DNA from: an uncultured Verrucomicrobiae bacterium
GTDB lineage: Bacteria; Verrucomicrobiota; Verrucomicrobiia; Chthoniobacterales; Chthoniobacteraceae
Reading direction: 5' to 3'
Length of the DNA stretch: 64,000 nt
Assembly (NCBI GenBank): GCA_963769025.1
Contig: CAVYKI010000003.1
Location: forward strand, 800,001 to 864,000
Under the pieces are notes generated by a model. That model made no database searches. It saw nothing but the letters and a program-made list of their open reading frames with translations, and was not told the DNA's origin. Numbering within the stretch: position 1 is the stretch's first letter; the number at the start of each line of letters is the position of its first letter. This document shows, piece by piece, positions 24,138-34,108 of this stretch. The position numbers were made by a program, and so were the translations under genes.

Positions 24138-26219
24138 CTACCAATTCTTGAAAGGCTTGCTCGGGTTTTTCACGGGCTCGTCCTTCGGATCGAGCAGCCG
24201 CACCCGGCGGTCCACGCGCTTCATCGCCTCGAGAATCTGCGCCGCGTCCTTCTCGGTCATGCGCCCCTCCTGCGCGGCCTGCGCCGCCTCTGCGGCCTCC
24301 GCCGCGGGATCCTGCTTCTCGGGGTCTTGCTGACCCGGATTCGCCGCCTTCACCTCGCCGGACTTCTGTTTGTCGTCCGCGCCATCCTTCGGCTGCGGCT
24401 GCGGCTTGTCCCCCGGTTTTTCATCGGGATTCTGCTGCTGCGCATCTTTCTTCTCGGCGCCGGGCTCGTCCTTTCCATCCTTCTGCTGCCCGTCGGATTT
24501 TTGCTGCTGCGAATCCTTCTTCTCCTGCCCGTCCTTCTGCTGGTCGTCCTTGCCGCCGTCCTTCTTTTCCTGCTCCTTCTTATCGTCCTTCGGATCCTTG
24601 CCAGAGCCATCTTTCTGCGAAGCGTCGGGATTCTGCTTTTGCGGATCATCCTTCCCGTCCTTCCCGTCCTGTGAGGAGTCCTGCTTGTCCTGATCCTTCT
24701 TCTCCTGGTCCTTCTTCTCCTGGTCCTGCTTTTCCTTTTCGTCCTTTTTTTCGTCCTCCTTCTCCTTCTGTTCCTCCTTTTCCAGCTCGGCGATGAGCTT
24801 CGTGACGATCTCCCGGTTGTGCTGCGCGTCCTCGTGCTTCGGCTCCGACTTCAGCACCTCGTCGTACTGCCGCACCGCATCCTTCAGGCTGCCAATCTTG
24901 TCCGCCTTCTTCTCCAGCGCCACCGCGCGGCGGGCGATCGTGTTGGCAAGATTGTAAGCGGCGCGGTTCTTCAGTTCCGGCGGCGCGGTGCCCAGCGCCT
25001 TGCTGAATGCCGCCGCCGCCCGCGCGTAATCTCCCAGCTCGTATGCCGCAGCGCCCGCATCGAAATGCAGCTCCGCGCCGTCCCGTCTCTTCAGCTCGCT
25101 GTCGAATTCCCCGAGCGAGCCCGCGTAGTCCTTCGCCTCGAATTTCTCAAGGCCCGCGTGGCGCGCCTCGGTGCGCGCCGCGAGAAGCACGAGTGCCGCG
25201 GTCGCGACCTTCGTGAGCTTCGCGACACGCCGCGTTTCCCCCAGCAGCAGGCCCGAGGCGATTGCCGCAAGCGATGCCGCAAGCGGCCACTGGTAGCGCT
25301 CGATGGGCACCTTTGAGAATCGTGCGTCTGTTTCGCGTTCTTTCATTTTGCCGAGGCCGTCGCGGACGATTTGCTGCATCTCCGCCGGACCGCTTCTGAG
25401 CGCAACGTAGAAGCCCCCGCCCGCTTCCGCAACTTCCCGCATGCGCGGCTCGTCGAGCGTCGATCTCACATACTGGCCCCGGTCGTCGCGCAGGAATTCC
25501 GTGCCGCCGCCCGGCGTCGGCACCGGAATCAGCGAACCTTCGGGCGAGCCGAGGCCCACCGTGAAGATGCGGAACCGATCCTTATGCTCCCGCGCCGCCT
25601 CGATCGCATCCGCCTCCAGCTCCTCGCCGTCGGAAAAAATGATCAGCGCCCGGTGCTCGCTCTCGCCCTTGCCGAATGCCTCGTCCGCCGCCTTGATGGC
25701 CTCGGCGAGATTCGTCCCGCCGCGCGGGATGATTTCGGTGTCGAGTTCCTGCAGGGTCTCGCGCACCGCGCCGAAGTCCGACGTCAGCGGCGCCTGCAAA
25801 AACGACGAGCCGGCAAACGCAAGCAGTCCGACGCGGTCCCCTTCGACCTGGTTCAGCAGATCCTCCGCGGCGAGCTTCGCGCGGGTGAGGCGGTTCGGCA
25901 GGAGGTCCGTCGCGAGCATGGATTTCGAGGTGTCGATCGCAAAGATGATGTCGCGTCCGCTCTGCCTTTTCTCCTCCCACGTGAAGCCCCACTGCGGCCG
26001 CGCGAGCGCGACCAACGCAAGCCCGACACCGAGCAGCAGCAGCGCATAACCCCAGCGCCGACGCGCAAGGCTCACGCTGCCCGCGAGCCTCGGCTGCAAC
26101 CGCGCCGCGATGAGCCGGTCGAGCGCGATGCGCCGGGATTTCTCCGCGTGGAAAAGCAGCGCGGCGAGAAGCGGCAGCGCTGCCAGCGCCCACAGGAACA
26201 GCGGATGGGCAAAACGCAT
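24138..26219 (-). CDS. BatB/BatC-like VWA + TPR protein with a Q/K/D/E-rich tail
   Basis: MIDAS DTSKSM, PNRLTRAK, RVGLLAFAG, SDGE; TPR AAYNLAN; low-complexity tail. Confidence 0.88.
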   Translation of the reverse strand: MRFAHPLFLWALAALPLLAALLFHAEKSRRIALDRLIAARLQPRLAGSVSLARRRWGYALLLLGVGLALVALARPQWGFTWEEKRQSGRDIIFAIDTSKSMLATDLLPNRLTRAKLAAEDLLNQVEGDRVGLLAFAGSSFLQAPLTSDFGAVRETLQELDTEIIPRGGTNLAEAIKAADEAFGKGESEHRALIIFSDGEELEADAIEAAREHKDRFRIFTVGLGSPEGSLIPVPTPGGGTEFLRDDRGQYVRSTLDEPRMREVAEAGGGFYVALRSGPAEMQQIVRDGLGKMKERETDARFSKVPIERYQWPLAASLAAIASGLLLGETRRVAKLTKVATAALVLLAARTEARHAGLEKFEAKDYAGSLGEFDSELKRRDGAELHFDAGAAAYELGDYARAAAAFSKALGTAPPELKNRAAYNLANTIARRAVALEKKADKIGSLKDAVRQYDEVLKSEPKHEDAQHNREIVTKLIAELEKEEQKEKEDEKKDEKEKQDQEKKDQEKKDQDKQDSSQDGKDGKDDPQKQNPDASQKDGSGKDPKDDKKEQEKKDGGKDDQQKDGQEKKDSQQQKSDGQQKDGKDEPGAEKKDAQQQNPDEKPGDKPQPQPKDGADDKQKSGEVKAANPGQQDPEKQDPAAEAAEAAQAAQEGRMTEKDAAQILEAMKRVDRRVRLLDPKDEPVKNPSKPFKNW

Positions 26220-26224
26220 GTCGC

Positions 26225-27238
26225 TCACGGCACGGTCCTCCAGAGCGTCTGCGTAAGGATTGCATGCAGCGCCGCGAGCGCCACGCCCGCGCCGATGAAC
26301 CACTGGAAAATGTCCTTCCAGTCCGTCTTCCGCTTCAGCTTCACCTCGGTCTTTTCCAGCTTGTCGATTTCCTCGAAAATCCGGTTCAGCGAATTGGTAT
26401 CCATCGCGACGAAGAATTTCCCATTGCCGATCTCCGCCACCTTTCGGAGCTGCCCCTCGTCCACCGTCACGTTGATGGTCCGGTAAACCTTGTTGCCGAA
26501 AAAGTCGCGCCCCACCGGGAACGGCGCAGTGCCGTTCGTGCCCGCGGCGATGGTGTAGATTTTGATGCCCAGCGTCTTCGCGGCCTCCGCAGCGGTCGCG
26601 GGCGGGACCGTCGTCACCGTCTCGTCGCCGTCGGTGAGCAGGACGATGATCTTGCTCTTCGCCTGCTTGTCCTTGAGCCGGTTCGCCGCGCTCGCCAGCG
26701 CCGAGCCGATGGATGTGCCGTCCTCGACGAGGCCCACGCGGAGCCGTTCGAGATTCTTCAGCAGCCAGTCGTGGTCGAGCGTGAGCGGGCTCACGAGATA
26801 AGGACGGCCGGCAAATGCGATGATGCCGATGCGATCATTCGGCCGCCCCTCGATGAAGCGCTTCGTCACGTCCTTCACGACCTCGATGCGGCTCGCGCGG
26901 TCATTTCCGAGCGTGAAGTCCTCCGCCTGCATCGAACCCGACACATCCAGCTCCAAGATGATGTCCACGCCGCTCGACTCGATCGTTTCCTGCGTCTTGC
27001 CGAGTTGCGGCCGGGCGAGCGCCACGACGAAACACGCGAGCGACGCGCAAATGATGAACGAGCGGAATCCGCCAGCGCCCGACCGGCGCTGACGCGCAAA
27101 GCCACGCAGCGGCTGGATGAACGAAAACCGGATCGCTGGCGAAGGTCCGCGCCCGCCCTGAAGCCACGCAATGACGGGAATGAGAATCAGCGCGAGCAGC
27201 CACCACGGCTGCGCAAAGCCATACGCGTCGAACTTCAT
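26225..27238 (-). CDS. BatA-like VWA domain protein
   Basis: ALARPQ, DVSGSMQAEDF, DRIGIIAFAG, SPLTLDH, GTSIGSAL, LLTDG. Confidence 0.92.
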   Translation of the reverse strand: MKFDAYGFAQPWWLLALILIPVIAWLQGGRGPSPAIRFSFIQPLRGFARQRRSGAGGFRSFIICASLACFVVALARPQLGKTQETIESSGVDIILELDVSGSMQAEDFTLGNDRASRIEVVKDVTKRFIEGRPNDRIGIIAFAGRPYLVSPLTLDHDWLLKNLERLRVGLVEDGTSIGSALASAANRLKDKQAKSKIIVLLTDGDETVTTVPPATAAEAAKTLGIKIYTIAAGTNGTAPFPVGRDFFGNKVYRTINVTVDEGQLRKVAEIGNGKFFVAMDTNSLNRIFEEIDKLEKTEVKLKRKTDWKDIFQWFIGAGVALAALHAILTQTLWRTVP

Positions 27239-27774
27239 GGCCGCGCCCCCTGCACAAATGCCGCCGCGGCGCCGAGCAGCTCGCTGTTTTCCTCCGCGTG
27301 CGCCTCGACGCGCGCAAACTTGAGCATGTCGCAGCGTTCGAGGAACGTCGCGAGCAACGCCTTGTCCCCTTCGGAAAACCGCGCCGATTCCGCGATGCTT
27401 GCGAGGAATTCCGGCGATGTCTGCGTCGTCGCATGCAGGGCAAACTGTCCGCTCACGTACGTGCGCAGCACGTCGGAGACCCGCACGCTGAACGCGTAGG
27501 GATCGAGTTCGCGGATGTGCGCGCGCAAATCCTCCAGCGCACGCAGCGCGATTTGCCGCGGCGTCGGCGGAGGCGCGGCGGGCTTGCGGCGGACGAGCCA
27601 CACGATGAACCACACGAGCAGCGCGAGCGCGATGACCGCACCGATGCCAATCGCCCACCACACCCACGGCGGCCACGGCACGTCCACCGGCGGCGCATTT
27701 TCGCGCAGACCCGCAAGCGGATCGGGCACGGGCGCTGCCGGAGGCGGAGCGGATTGGATCGCGGCGAGGATCAT
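27235..27774 (-). CDS. DUF4381-like membrane protein
   Basis: PPVDVPWPPW plus TM, QTSPEFL, CDMLKFAR; position in the MoxR/Bat operon. Confidence 0.75.
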   Translation of the reverse strand: MILAAIQSAPPPAAPVPDPLAGLRENAPPVDVPWPPWVWWAIGIGAVIALALLVWFIVWLVRRKPAAPPPTPRQIALRALEDLRAHIRELDPYAFSVRVSDVLRTYVSGQFALHATTQTSPEFLASIAESARFSEGDKALLATFLERCDMLKFARVEAHAEENSELLGAAAAFVQGARP

Positions 27775-28660
27775 CCCATTGAGAGCCGGTGCTCGCGCGT
27801 GCTGAAGAAGCGGCGCAGCGCGGGCACGTAGTCCTGGTTCGTCTGCAACGTGATGGTGTCCACGCCGAGGCGCCGGAAGCCGGACGGCAGATCATCATGC
27901 CAGCCGCCGACCTCGCGAGGCGTAGCGCACGCGCGTCTTGCGGTCGGAGGTGTCCACGAGCACGCGCTCGCCGGTCTCCGCGTCCTCGAGGACGATGCGG
28001 CCCACGTCGGGCAGTTCGAGTTCGCGCGGGTCCACGATGGTCATCGCGACGAGGTCGTGGCGGCGCGCGGTGACGCGCAGTTGCTTGCCGTAATCCGGCG
28101 CGTGGAAATCCGAGAGCATGAGCACGACCGAGCGGCGGCTCGTGACGCGGTTGAGAAATTCCAGCGCGCCCGCGAGGTCGGTGCCGCGGCCCTTTGGCTC
28201 GAAGAACAGGATCTCGCGGATGATGCGCAGCGAATGTCCCCGGCCCTTCCCCGGCGGGATGAACAGCTCGACGTGATCGGAAAACAGGATGCAGCCGACC
28301 TTGTCGTTGTTGCGGATGGCGCTGAACGCAAACACGCACGCGACCTCCGCGGCGAGTTCGCGCTTGCTGAGATGCACGCTGCCGAATTCGCCCGACGCGC
28401 TCACGTCCACGACGAGCATCACCGTCAGCTCGCGCTCCTCGGTGAATTTCTTGATGAACGGCATCGCCCATGCGCGCCGTGACGTTCCAGTCAATCGCCC
28501 GCACGTCGTCGCCCGGCTGATACTCGCGCACTTCCTCGAAGTTCATCCCGCGCCCCTTGAACGCGGAACGGTACTGCCCGGAAAAAGCCGTCTGCACGAG
28601 CCCACGGGTCTTCAGCTCGATGTGGCGGATCTTTTTGAGAATGTCGCGCGCGCTGTCCAT
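27771..28660 (-). CDS. DUF58 domain protein (frameshifted)
   Basis: FKGRGMNFEEVREYQPGDDVRAIDWNVTAR; EERELTVMLVVDVSAS; LSDF; EDAETGE. Confidence 0.9.
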
Positions 28661-28669
28661 GCGCAGTTC

Positions 28670-29656
28670 CTACGGCACCGGAAGCGTCGCGAAGACCTTC
28701 TCCACGATCTTCTCGCTCGTGAGGTTTTCCGCTTCCGCCTCATACGTAATCGCCACGCGGTGGCGCAGCACGTCGAGGCCGATGCTTTTCACGTCCTGCG
28801 GCGTCACGTAGCCGCGGCCGCTCAGGAAGGCGCGCGCCTTGGCTGCGAGCGTGAGGGCGATGGTCGCGCGCGGGCTCGCGCCCCAGCGGATGAGGCCGGC
28901 CATCTGCAGCTTGTAGGCGGCGGGCTCGCGCGTGGCGAAGACGATGTCCACGATGTAGTCCTTCACGCGGTCGTCCATGTAGATGCTGTTCACGAGTTCG
29001 CGGGCGCGGATGATTTGGTCGGGGTCCACGACGGCGTTCACGTTCAGCTTCGGCGCGCTCGTGCCCATGAGGTCGAGGATTTGCCGCTCCTCCACTTTGC
29101 TCGGGTAGGTGATGTTGAGCTTCAGCATGAAGCGGTCGAGCTGCGCCTCGGGCAGCGTGTAGGTGCCTTCCTGTTCGAGCGGGTTTTGCGTCGCGAGCAC
29201 GAGGAACGGGTCGGGCAGCTTGAACGTCTGATCGCCGATCGTCACCTGCCGCTCCTGCATCGCCTCGAGCAGCGCGCTCTGCACCTTCGCGGGCGCGCGG
29301 TTGATTTCGTCCGCGAGGATCAGGTTGCGAAAAATGGGGCCCTGCTTCGTGGTGAACGCGCCTTCGCGGGGATTGTAGACCAGCGTGCCGATGAGGTCCG
29401 CCGGCAGCAGATCCGGCGTGAACTGGATGCGCCGGAAGCCCGTGTGAATCGCCGCGGAGAGCGTCTTCACCGCGAGCGTCTTCGCGAGGCCGGGCACGCC
29501 TTCGAGCAGGACGTGCCCATTCGTGAGCAGGCCGACGAGCAGGCCATCCACGAGATATTTCTGCCCGACGACCACGCGCCCCACCTCCTGCTGGAGGGCG
29601 GTGACCCAATGGCTGTGTTCCTTGACGCGGTCGGTGATTTCCTGGGTGCTGGTCAT
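28670..29656 (-). CDS. moxR: MoxR family AAA+ ATPase
   Basis: GHVLLEGVPGLAKT, RIQFTPDLLPAD, LADEINRAPAKVQSALLEAMQE, LPEAQLDRF. Confidence 0.96.
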   Translation of the reverse strand: MTSTQEITDRVKEHSHWVTALQQEVGRVVVGQKYLVDGLLVGLLTNGHVLLEGVPGLAKTLAVKTLSAAIHTGFRRIQFTPDLLPADLIGTLVYNPREGAFTTKQGPIFRNLILADEINRAPAKVQSALLEAMQERQVTIGDQTFKLPDPFLVLATQNPLEQEGTYTLPEAQLDRFMLKLNITYPSKVEERQILDLMGTSAPKLNVNAVVDPDQIIRARELVNSIYMDDRVKDYIVDIVFATREPAAYKLQMAGLIRWGASPRATIALTLAAKARAFLSGRGYVTPQDVKSIGLDVLRHRVAITYEAEAENLTSEKIVEKVFATLPVP

Positions 29657-29868
29657 GTGTGCGCGGAGTGAGAGGCGGAGTGAAAGGGGCGTTTTGTCTA
29701 AATGGAAACGACGGTGCGGGGAAGCGCGTTTGCGGCAATCCCCCAGACCGCGGCGCGAGGCAACTGGTTTGAACCGCAATTACGCCGAGGCACGAAGGAA
29801 CGCGGGGCCGACCAGCCGGCCAAAGGAGGAGATCGATCCTACTTTCCGCTCGACGGCACCGCAGGCGC

Positions 29869-31413
29869 TCAGGCTTCCCCGAGCAGCTCCTTTGCGGCGC
29901 GATTGCCGCTCTCGACTCCGCCGCACATGAAGCCGGAGAAATCGGCGCTCGTGTGTTCGCCGGCGAAGAGGAGGTTTCCGTCGAGCTCGGGCGTGGCGCA
30001 GTGTTCCAGCATCGCGGTGTACTGGCCGACGAGCGGGCACGTGTAGGAGCCGAGGACGAATTTCTGCGTCGGCCAGTGCATCATGATGCGCTTGCCGAGA
30101 TAGTCCGCTTCCATGCCGGGGAAGATCTTGTCGAGCTCCTTGAGCGTGGTGTCGAAACGGGTGTCGGGCGAGGCATCCGCCGCGGTCTTGCCGCCGAGGA
30201 AGTTCACGATGATGCCGGCCGGGCCCTCCTGTCCGCGGCTGCACTCCCAACAGGCCTGGAAGGTCTGGTCGGTGTACGCGCTCCCGTTGTTCACCGGGTT
30301 GGCCTTGCGCCAGAGGCGGCCCTTGAAGGCGAGCATCGCCTTCGTGTTGTTGCCGTAGCCGAGTTCCTGGATGGCCTTCAGCTTCTCCTTGCTGAGCCCG
30401 AGTTTCTCGATGCCGGCGACGCGGCCGCCGCGAAGCATGGTGAAGGGCAGCGTGCAGATCGTCTTTGCGAAGGTGGCCTCCTTGTAGCCTTTCGGCGTGT
30501 CAAAGGTGAGCTGCAGCTTGCCTTTCACCGCGGCGATGGCGGTGAGCTTGTGCTGCATGTGGATGGTCACTTTCCCGTCGAGCGCTTTCGCGAGCGCCTC
30601 GATGATCCGGCTGTTGCCGCCCGCGATGCGCTTGGATTCATCGCTCTCGCCGAACATCTCAAAGCCGTCCTTTGTGTCCGGCGAAAGGTAGGTAATGAGG
30701 TTGAGCGCCGACTGCTCCTTTGTCGCGCGGCCGTACTCGATCTCATACGCGACATCGATCATGTGGATCACCCAAGGCTCCACCTTGCCCTTAAAGGACT
30801 GGAGGTATTCGTGGATGCTCATCAGGTCGAATTTCTTCGCCTTGTCGGTGTAATTTTCCTTGTCGTCCTCCAGCCCTTCCGCGTCCTCCGCGAGCTGTTT
30901 TCCGAGGGGCTCAAAGGCGGGGATCAGTTCCTTGTCGGTGCGGATTTTGCCCTCGAAATGGTAGTACTCCACGCCCGGGTCGCCCTCCTTGAGCTCCTGG
31001 ATCTCGACGCCGAGTTCCTTCGCCAGTGCGATCAGGTCCTCGTGGTTGGAATCCACCAGTTCGCCGCCCAATTCCGTGAACATGGGCTTGCCGGCATTCT
31101 GGTCGGCCGGGATGAATCCATCCAGCGTGAGGATGCGCCCGCCGAGCCGGTTGCTGCCTTCGAAGAGCTCGACCTTCGCACCCGCCTGCACGAGCCGGAG
31201 CGCGGCGGTGAGCCCGGCGACGCCGGCACCGATGATGGCGACCGGGGCCTTTGGCGCCGCGGCGCGGCTGGCCCCGGCGGCGAGCAGTGTGGCGGTGACG
31301 GCGGCCGCGGATCTCCCGAGGAATTGCCGGCGGCTCAGGCCGGCCGCGTGCGGGGCGGCGGATTGGCGGAGGGCGCGGATGAGTTTGCGGAGGAGTGGCG
31401 TGTGTGGAGTCAT
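29869..31413 (-). CDS. Tat-exported flavin monoamine/amino-acid oxidase family protein
   Basis: SRRQFLG twin-Arg; IIGAGVAGL; RLGGRI; ELGGELVD; FAGEHTS..GFMCGGVESG. Confidence 0.88.
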   Translation of the reverse strand: MTPHTPLLRKLIRALRQSAAPHAAGLSRRQFLGRSAAAVTATLLAAGASRAAAPKAPVAIIGAGVAGLTAALRLVQAGAKVELFEGSNRLGGRILTLDGFIPADQNAGKPMFTELGGELVDSNHEDLIALAKELGVEIQELKEGDPGVEYYHFEGKIRTDKELIPAFEPLGKQLAEDAEGLEDDKENYTDKAKKFDLMSIHEYLQSFKGKVEPWVIHMIDVAYEIEYGRATKEQSALNLITYLSPDTKDGFEMFGESDESKRIAGGNSRIIEALAKALDGKVTIHMQHKLTAIAAVKGKLQLTFDTPKGYKEATFAKTICTLPFTMLRGGRVAGIEKLGLSKEKLKAIQELGYGNNTKAMLAFKGRLWRKANPVNNGSAYTDQTFQACWECSRGQEGPAGIIVNFLGGKTAADASPDTRFDTTLKELDKIFPGMEADYLGKRIMMHWPTQKFVLGSYTCPLVGQYTAMLEHCATPELDGNLLFAGEHTSADFSGFMCGGVESGNRAAKELLGEA

Positions 31414-31468
31414 ACCGTGGTGGTTGGTTGTGAGTTGGGTTTTGGGAAAAGCGGGACCGGCGTGAGCT

Positions 31469-31927
31469 TCAGGGCAGGCGGAGATTTTTCGCCGTGAGCT
31501 CTTTTTGCAAGGAATCTGCGACGGGCTTGGGGAGGAAAATCTGGTCGCCGGCGAGGGCGAGGTAGGTGCCCGATTCCGTCGCGACCGCAGTGCCGGTGGA
31601 GTCTTCGAGCAGGCGATTCACGAGGCCGTTGGCGTGTTTCGATTTGGCGGGGATTTCGGCGAGCGCCGCAGTCCGGACCGACTGCGCATCGCAAAGGATG
31701 ACCCCCTGGAATGCGACCATGCCGCCCAGGATGAGCACGTAGATGAGCAGGATGTGCTTTGGGAGGACGACGCGCCGCTTCTTCAGAAACCGATACAACA
31801 GCAGCCCGGCCACCGCGCACACCGCGATGATCAGCACCGCGGTGATCAGCCTCGGCAGGTACGCCGCCGAGACCTCCGCGCGGAATGCCTCGTCGAAGAC
31901 CGCGGTGAAATCAGGCGCCTCTTTCAT
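31469..31927 (-). CDS. Hypothetical membrane protein
   Basis: Two TM helices plus a soluble tail; genome-like codon usage. Confidence 0.6.
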   Translation of the reverse strand: MKEAPDFTAVFDEAFRAEVSAAYLPRLITAVLIIAVCAVAGLLLYRFLKKRRVVLPKHILLIYVLILGGMVAFQGVILCDAQSVRTAALAEIPAKSKHANGLVNRLLEDSTGTAVATESGTYLALAGDQIFLPKPVADSLQKELTAKNLRLP

Positions 31928-31937
31928 GGTGTCGGGC

Positions 31938-31975
31938 AAAAAAAGGGAGGCGGCCATCGCTGACCGCCTCCCTTT
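31938..31975 (-). terminator. Rho-independent terminator
   Basis: Minus strand GGGAGGCGG..CCGCCTCCC stem followed by a T7 run, just after the 31988 stop. Confidence 0.8.
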
Positions 31976-31987
31976 GTTGCAATTGGT

Positions 31988-33112
31988 TTACTCGTCGTTG
32001 AACGGTCCGACGATGAAGAGCAGCAGCTTGTGCAGCGAGAGGATCTGCTGCTTGGTGAGCTGGTAGGCGTCGAGCGTCAGCACCAGCTTGCTGGAGCCGG
32101 GCGTCTTCTCCGCCGCGCCGCCGACGAAAGTATCCGTGTATTCAATCGTGCCGGAGAGCGAAGGCACCGTGTTGTCCACCGCGAAGAACGCGTCCTCGTC
32201 GCTCAGCTTCTTGAAGGCGTCGGACTCCGTGGTCTTCGGCCGGTTCGCGTCCTCGTTCCAGCGCAGGTTGAATTCATATTTGCTCTTGCCGTTCGATTCG
32301 CGCTGCGGGTCCTCCACGAATTTGATCGAGCCGGTGATCGTATCCGCCACGGCCTTCCCGTCGTACATATAGTTCATCTTGATGCCGTTCGTGTAGTAGT
32401 TGCCCGTGTCGTAGTCGTACACGAGGTCGCCATTCACCGTCGTCTCCGCGTAGGCCTCCGCCGGGCCGGCCGGCAGCACGAGTCCCTCGAAGCGCAGCGG
32501 GTCATTGCCCTTGCTCTCGATCTTCACCGTCTTGCCGCCGATGTTGCGCACAAAGGAGAGCGCCTTCTGGCCCGCCGTCTTATCCTTGCCGGCTTTGCCG
32601 TAGTAGGCCCCGCGCGCCTTGGATTCAAATGCGCGCGCCTTGCCCACCTGGTTGATCGCCATGCGCACGCCCGACGGATCATACTTTCCATCCGCGCCGA
32701 GCGCCACGTTGCCGACGAGCACGCCGACGGTCTTTTTCTGCGCGGGATTTGCGGGATTCAGCACGCTCACATTCACTTCGAATCCGAGGCCCGCCTCCTG
32801 AGCCGTCTTGTAGCCGCCCCATTTCGTGAGGTTCGGCAGGCGGACGATCTTCCCGCTGAACTCCGTCGTCCCCGCGACGGTCAGCGCCATCGTGTAGGTG
32901 TCCTTGACGCCCGGCTTCGGCTTGCCTTTGTCGTCCGTGTTTTTGCGCGACGCGTAATCAATGTCCATCGTGCCGCTGATGGCCTTGGGCAGGTTCAGCT
33001 TTTCCGCTTCCTGCGCGCGCGCCGGGAGCGGGCTGAAGATCAGCGCGCTGAGCGTCGTTACCAGCGCGAGGAAGGTGCGTGTGCCTTTGGGTGGGGTGGT
33101 CGTGGATTGCAT
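31988..33112 (-). CDS. Secreted beta-rich hypothetical protein
   Basis: Signal peptide ending ARA-Q; ~374 aa; strongly C-ending codons; own terminator. Confidence 0.8.
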   Translation of the reverse strand: MQSTTTPPKGTRTFLALVTTLSALIFSPLPARAQEAEKLNLPKAISGTMDIDYASRKNTDDKGKPKPGVKDTYTMALTVAGTTEFSGKIVRLPNLTKWGGYKTAQEAGLGFEVNVSVLNPANPAQKKTVGVLVGNVALGADGKYDPSGVRMAINQVGKARAFESKARGAYYGKAGKDKTAGQKALSFVRNIGGKTVKIESKGNDPLRFEGLVLPAGPAEAYAETTVNGDLVYDYDTGNYYTNGIKMNYMYDGKAVADTITGSIKFVEDPQRESNGKSKYEFNLRWNEDANRPKTTESDAFKKLSDEDAFFAVDNTVPSLSGTIEYTDTFVGGAAEKTPGSSKLVLTLDAYQLTKQQILSLHKLLLFIVGPFNDE

Positions 33113-33355
33113 ATCGTGTGTTTGGTTGATTTTCAGTTCGGAAAATGAGGAAACCGCTGGCACCTTCAAAGAGCTGGGGCTGGATCGCGCATAGCCGCAC
33201 AGCGCATCGGAAAGGTGCCGCGATGCTCAGGCCCACGGGTTTGCAACGCAAGGAGAAAGAGGAAGGAAGAAGGAAGCACGTGGCAGGATGCGCCAGCCAC
33301 CGGCATGCAAAAGGCACGGCTCGCTTTGCCGGGGGATTTCGTTTCTCATTCGGGA

Positions 33356-33979
33356 ATGAGTGAAGTCGCCACATGGATTCGGGAATGCGATGAGGCGCTG
33401 TTCGCGCGGTTTCTCGACCGGCATCCGGGCGTTTCGTTTTCAAATGCGCGACGCGGAGCGGTGGATCTCGAAGCGGCGCGGGGCGTCTTGATCACCGGCG
33501 GGCCGGACATTGCGCTGGAATTCCACGCCGAGCCGCCGCGCGAACACTGGCTCATCCGCGATCCCGACCCCGTGCGCGACAAATGGGAATTTGAAGCGGT
33601 GCGTTTCGCCTACGAGCGCCGGCTGCCGCTTTTCTGCATCTGCAAAGGCGTGCAGGTGCTGAATGTCGCGCTCGGCGGCACGCTGCACGTGGACATTTCC
33701 GGGCACGATCTCCCGGAGATGAAATCGGCGAACGTGCAGCCGTTGCGCCATGCGGGCGGCGTGCGGCATCGCTTTGAGAAGGTGAACAGCTCACATCATC
33801 AGGCGCTGGATCGCGTGGCGGACGCGCTGGAGGTCGAGGCCTGGCATGCCGGGGACGGGATCATCGAGCAGGTGCGGCTCCGTGATTATCCGTGGGGGAT
33901 CGGCGTCCAGTACCATCCCGAGCGCGACCTGATGTATGCGAGCCTGTTCGACGATTTCTTCGGGCAACTCGCACGCTGA
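33356..33979 (+). CDS. Peptidase C26 / gamma-glutamyl-gamma-aminobutyrate hydrolase family (class I GATase)
   Basis: ITGGPD, ICKGVQVLNVALGGTL, VNSSHHQA, VQYHPE. Confidence 0.9.
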   Translation: MSEVATWIRECDEALFARFLDRHPGVSFSNARRGAVDLEAARGVLITGGPDIALEFHAEPPREHWLIRDPDPVRDKWEFEAVRFAYERRLPLFCICKGVQVLNVALGGTLHVDISGHDLPEMKSANVQPLRHAGGVRHRFEKVNSSHHQALDRVADALEVEAWHAGDGIIEQVRLRDYPWGIGVQYHPERDLMYASLFDDFFGQLAR

Positions 33980-34108
33980 GCGCGGAGCCGGGAGACGCGG
34001 GCAAAGCCGGGTTGACACACTCCTTCGCGAGGATAACGGTCCCGCCATTCAGCGTCGCTGGATGCCCCCCACTCCCGCGTCCAACACCGGAAACTCCATT
34101 CCCTGCCC

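Noticed and set aside
24300..24790. Repetitive DNA in the batB/C gene as a mobile repeat
   Set aside because: It encodes the Q/K/D/E-rich tail that is normal for BatC-like proteins
26225..28660. 811-aa DUF58-VWA fusion ORF in the track
   Set aside because: Artefact of a frameshift in DUF58 running through an off-frame stretch; separate DUF58, DUF4381-like and BatA genes with ATGA overlaps explain it
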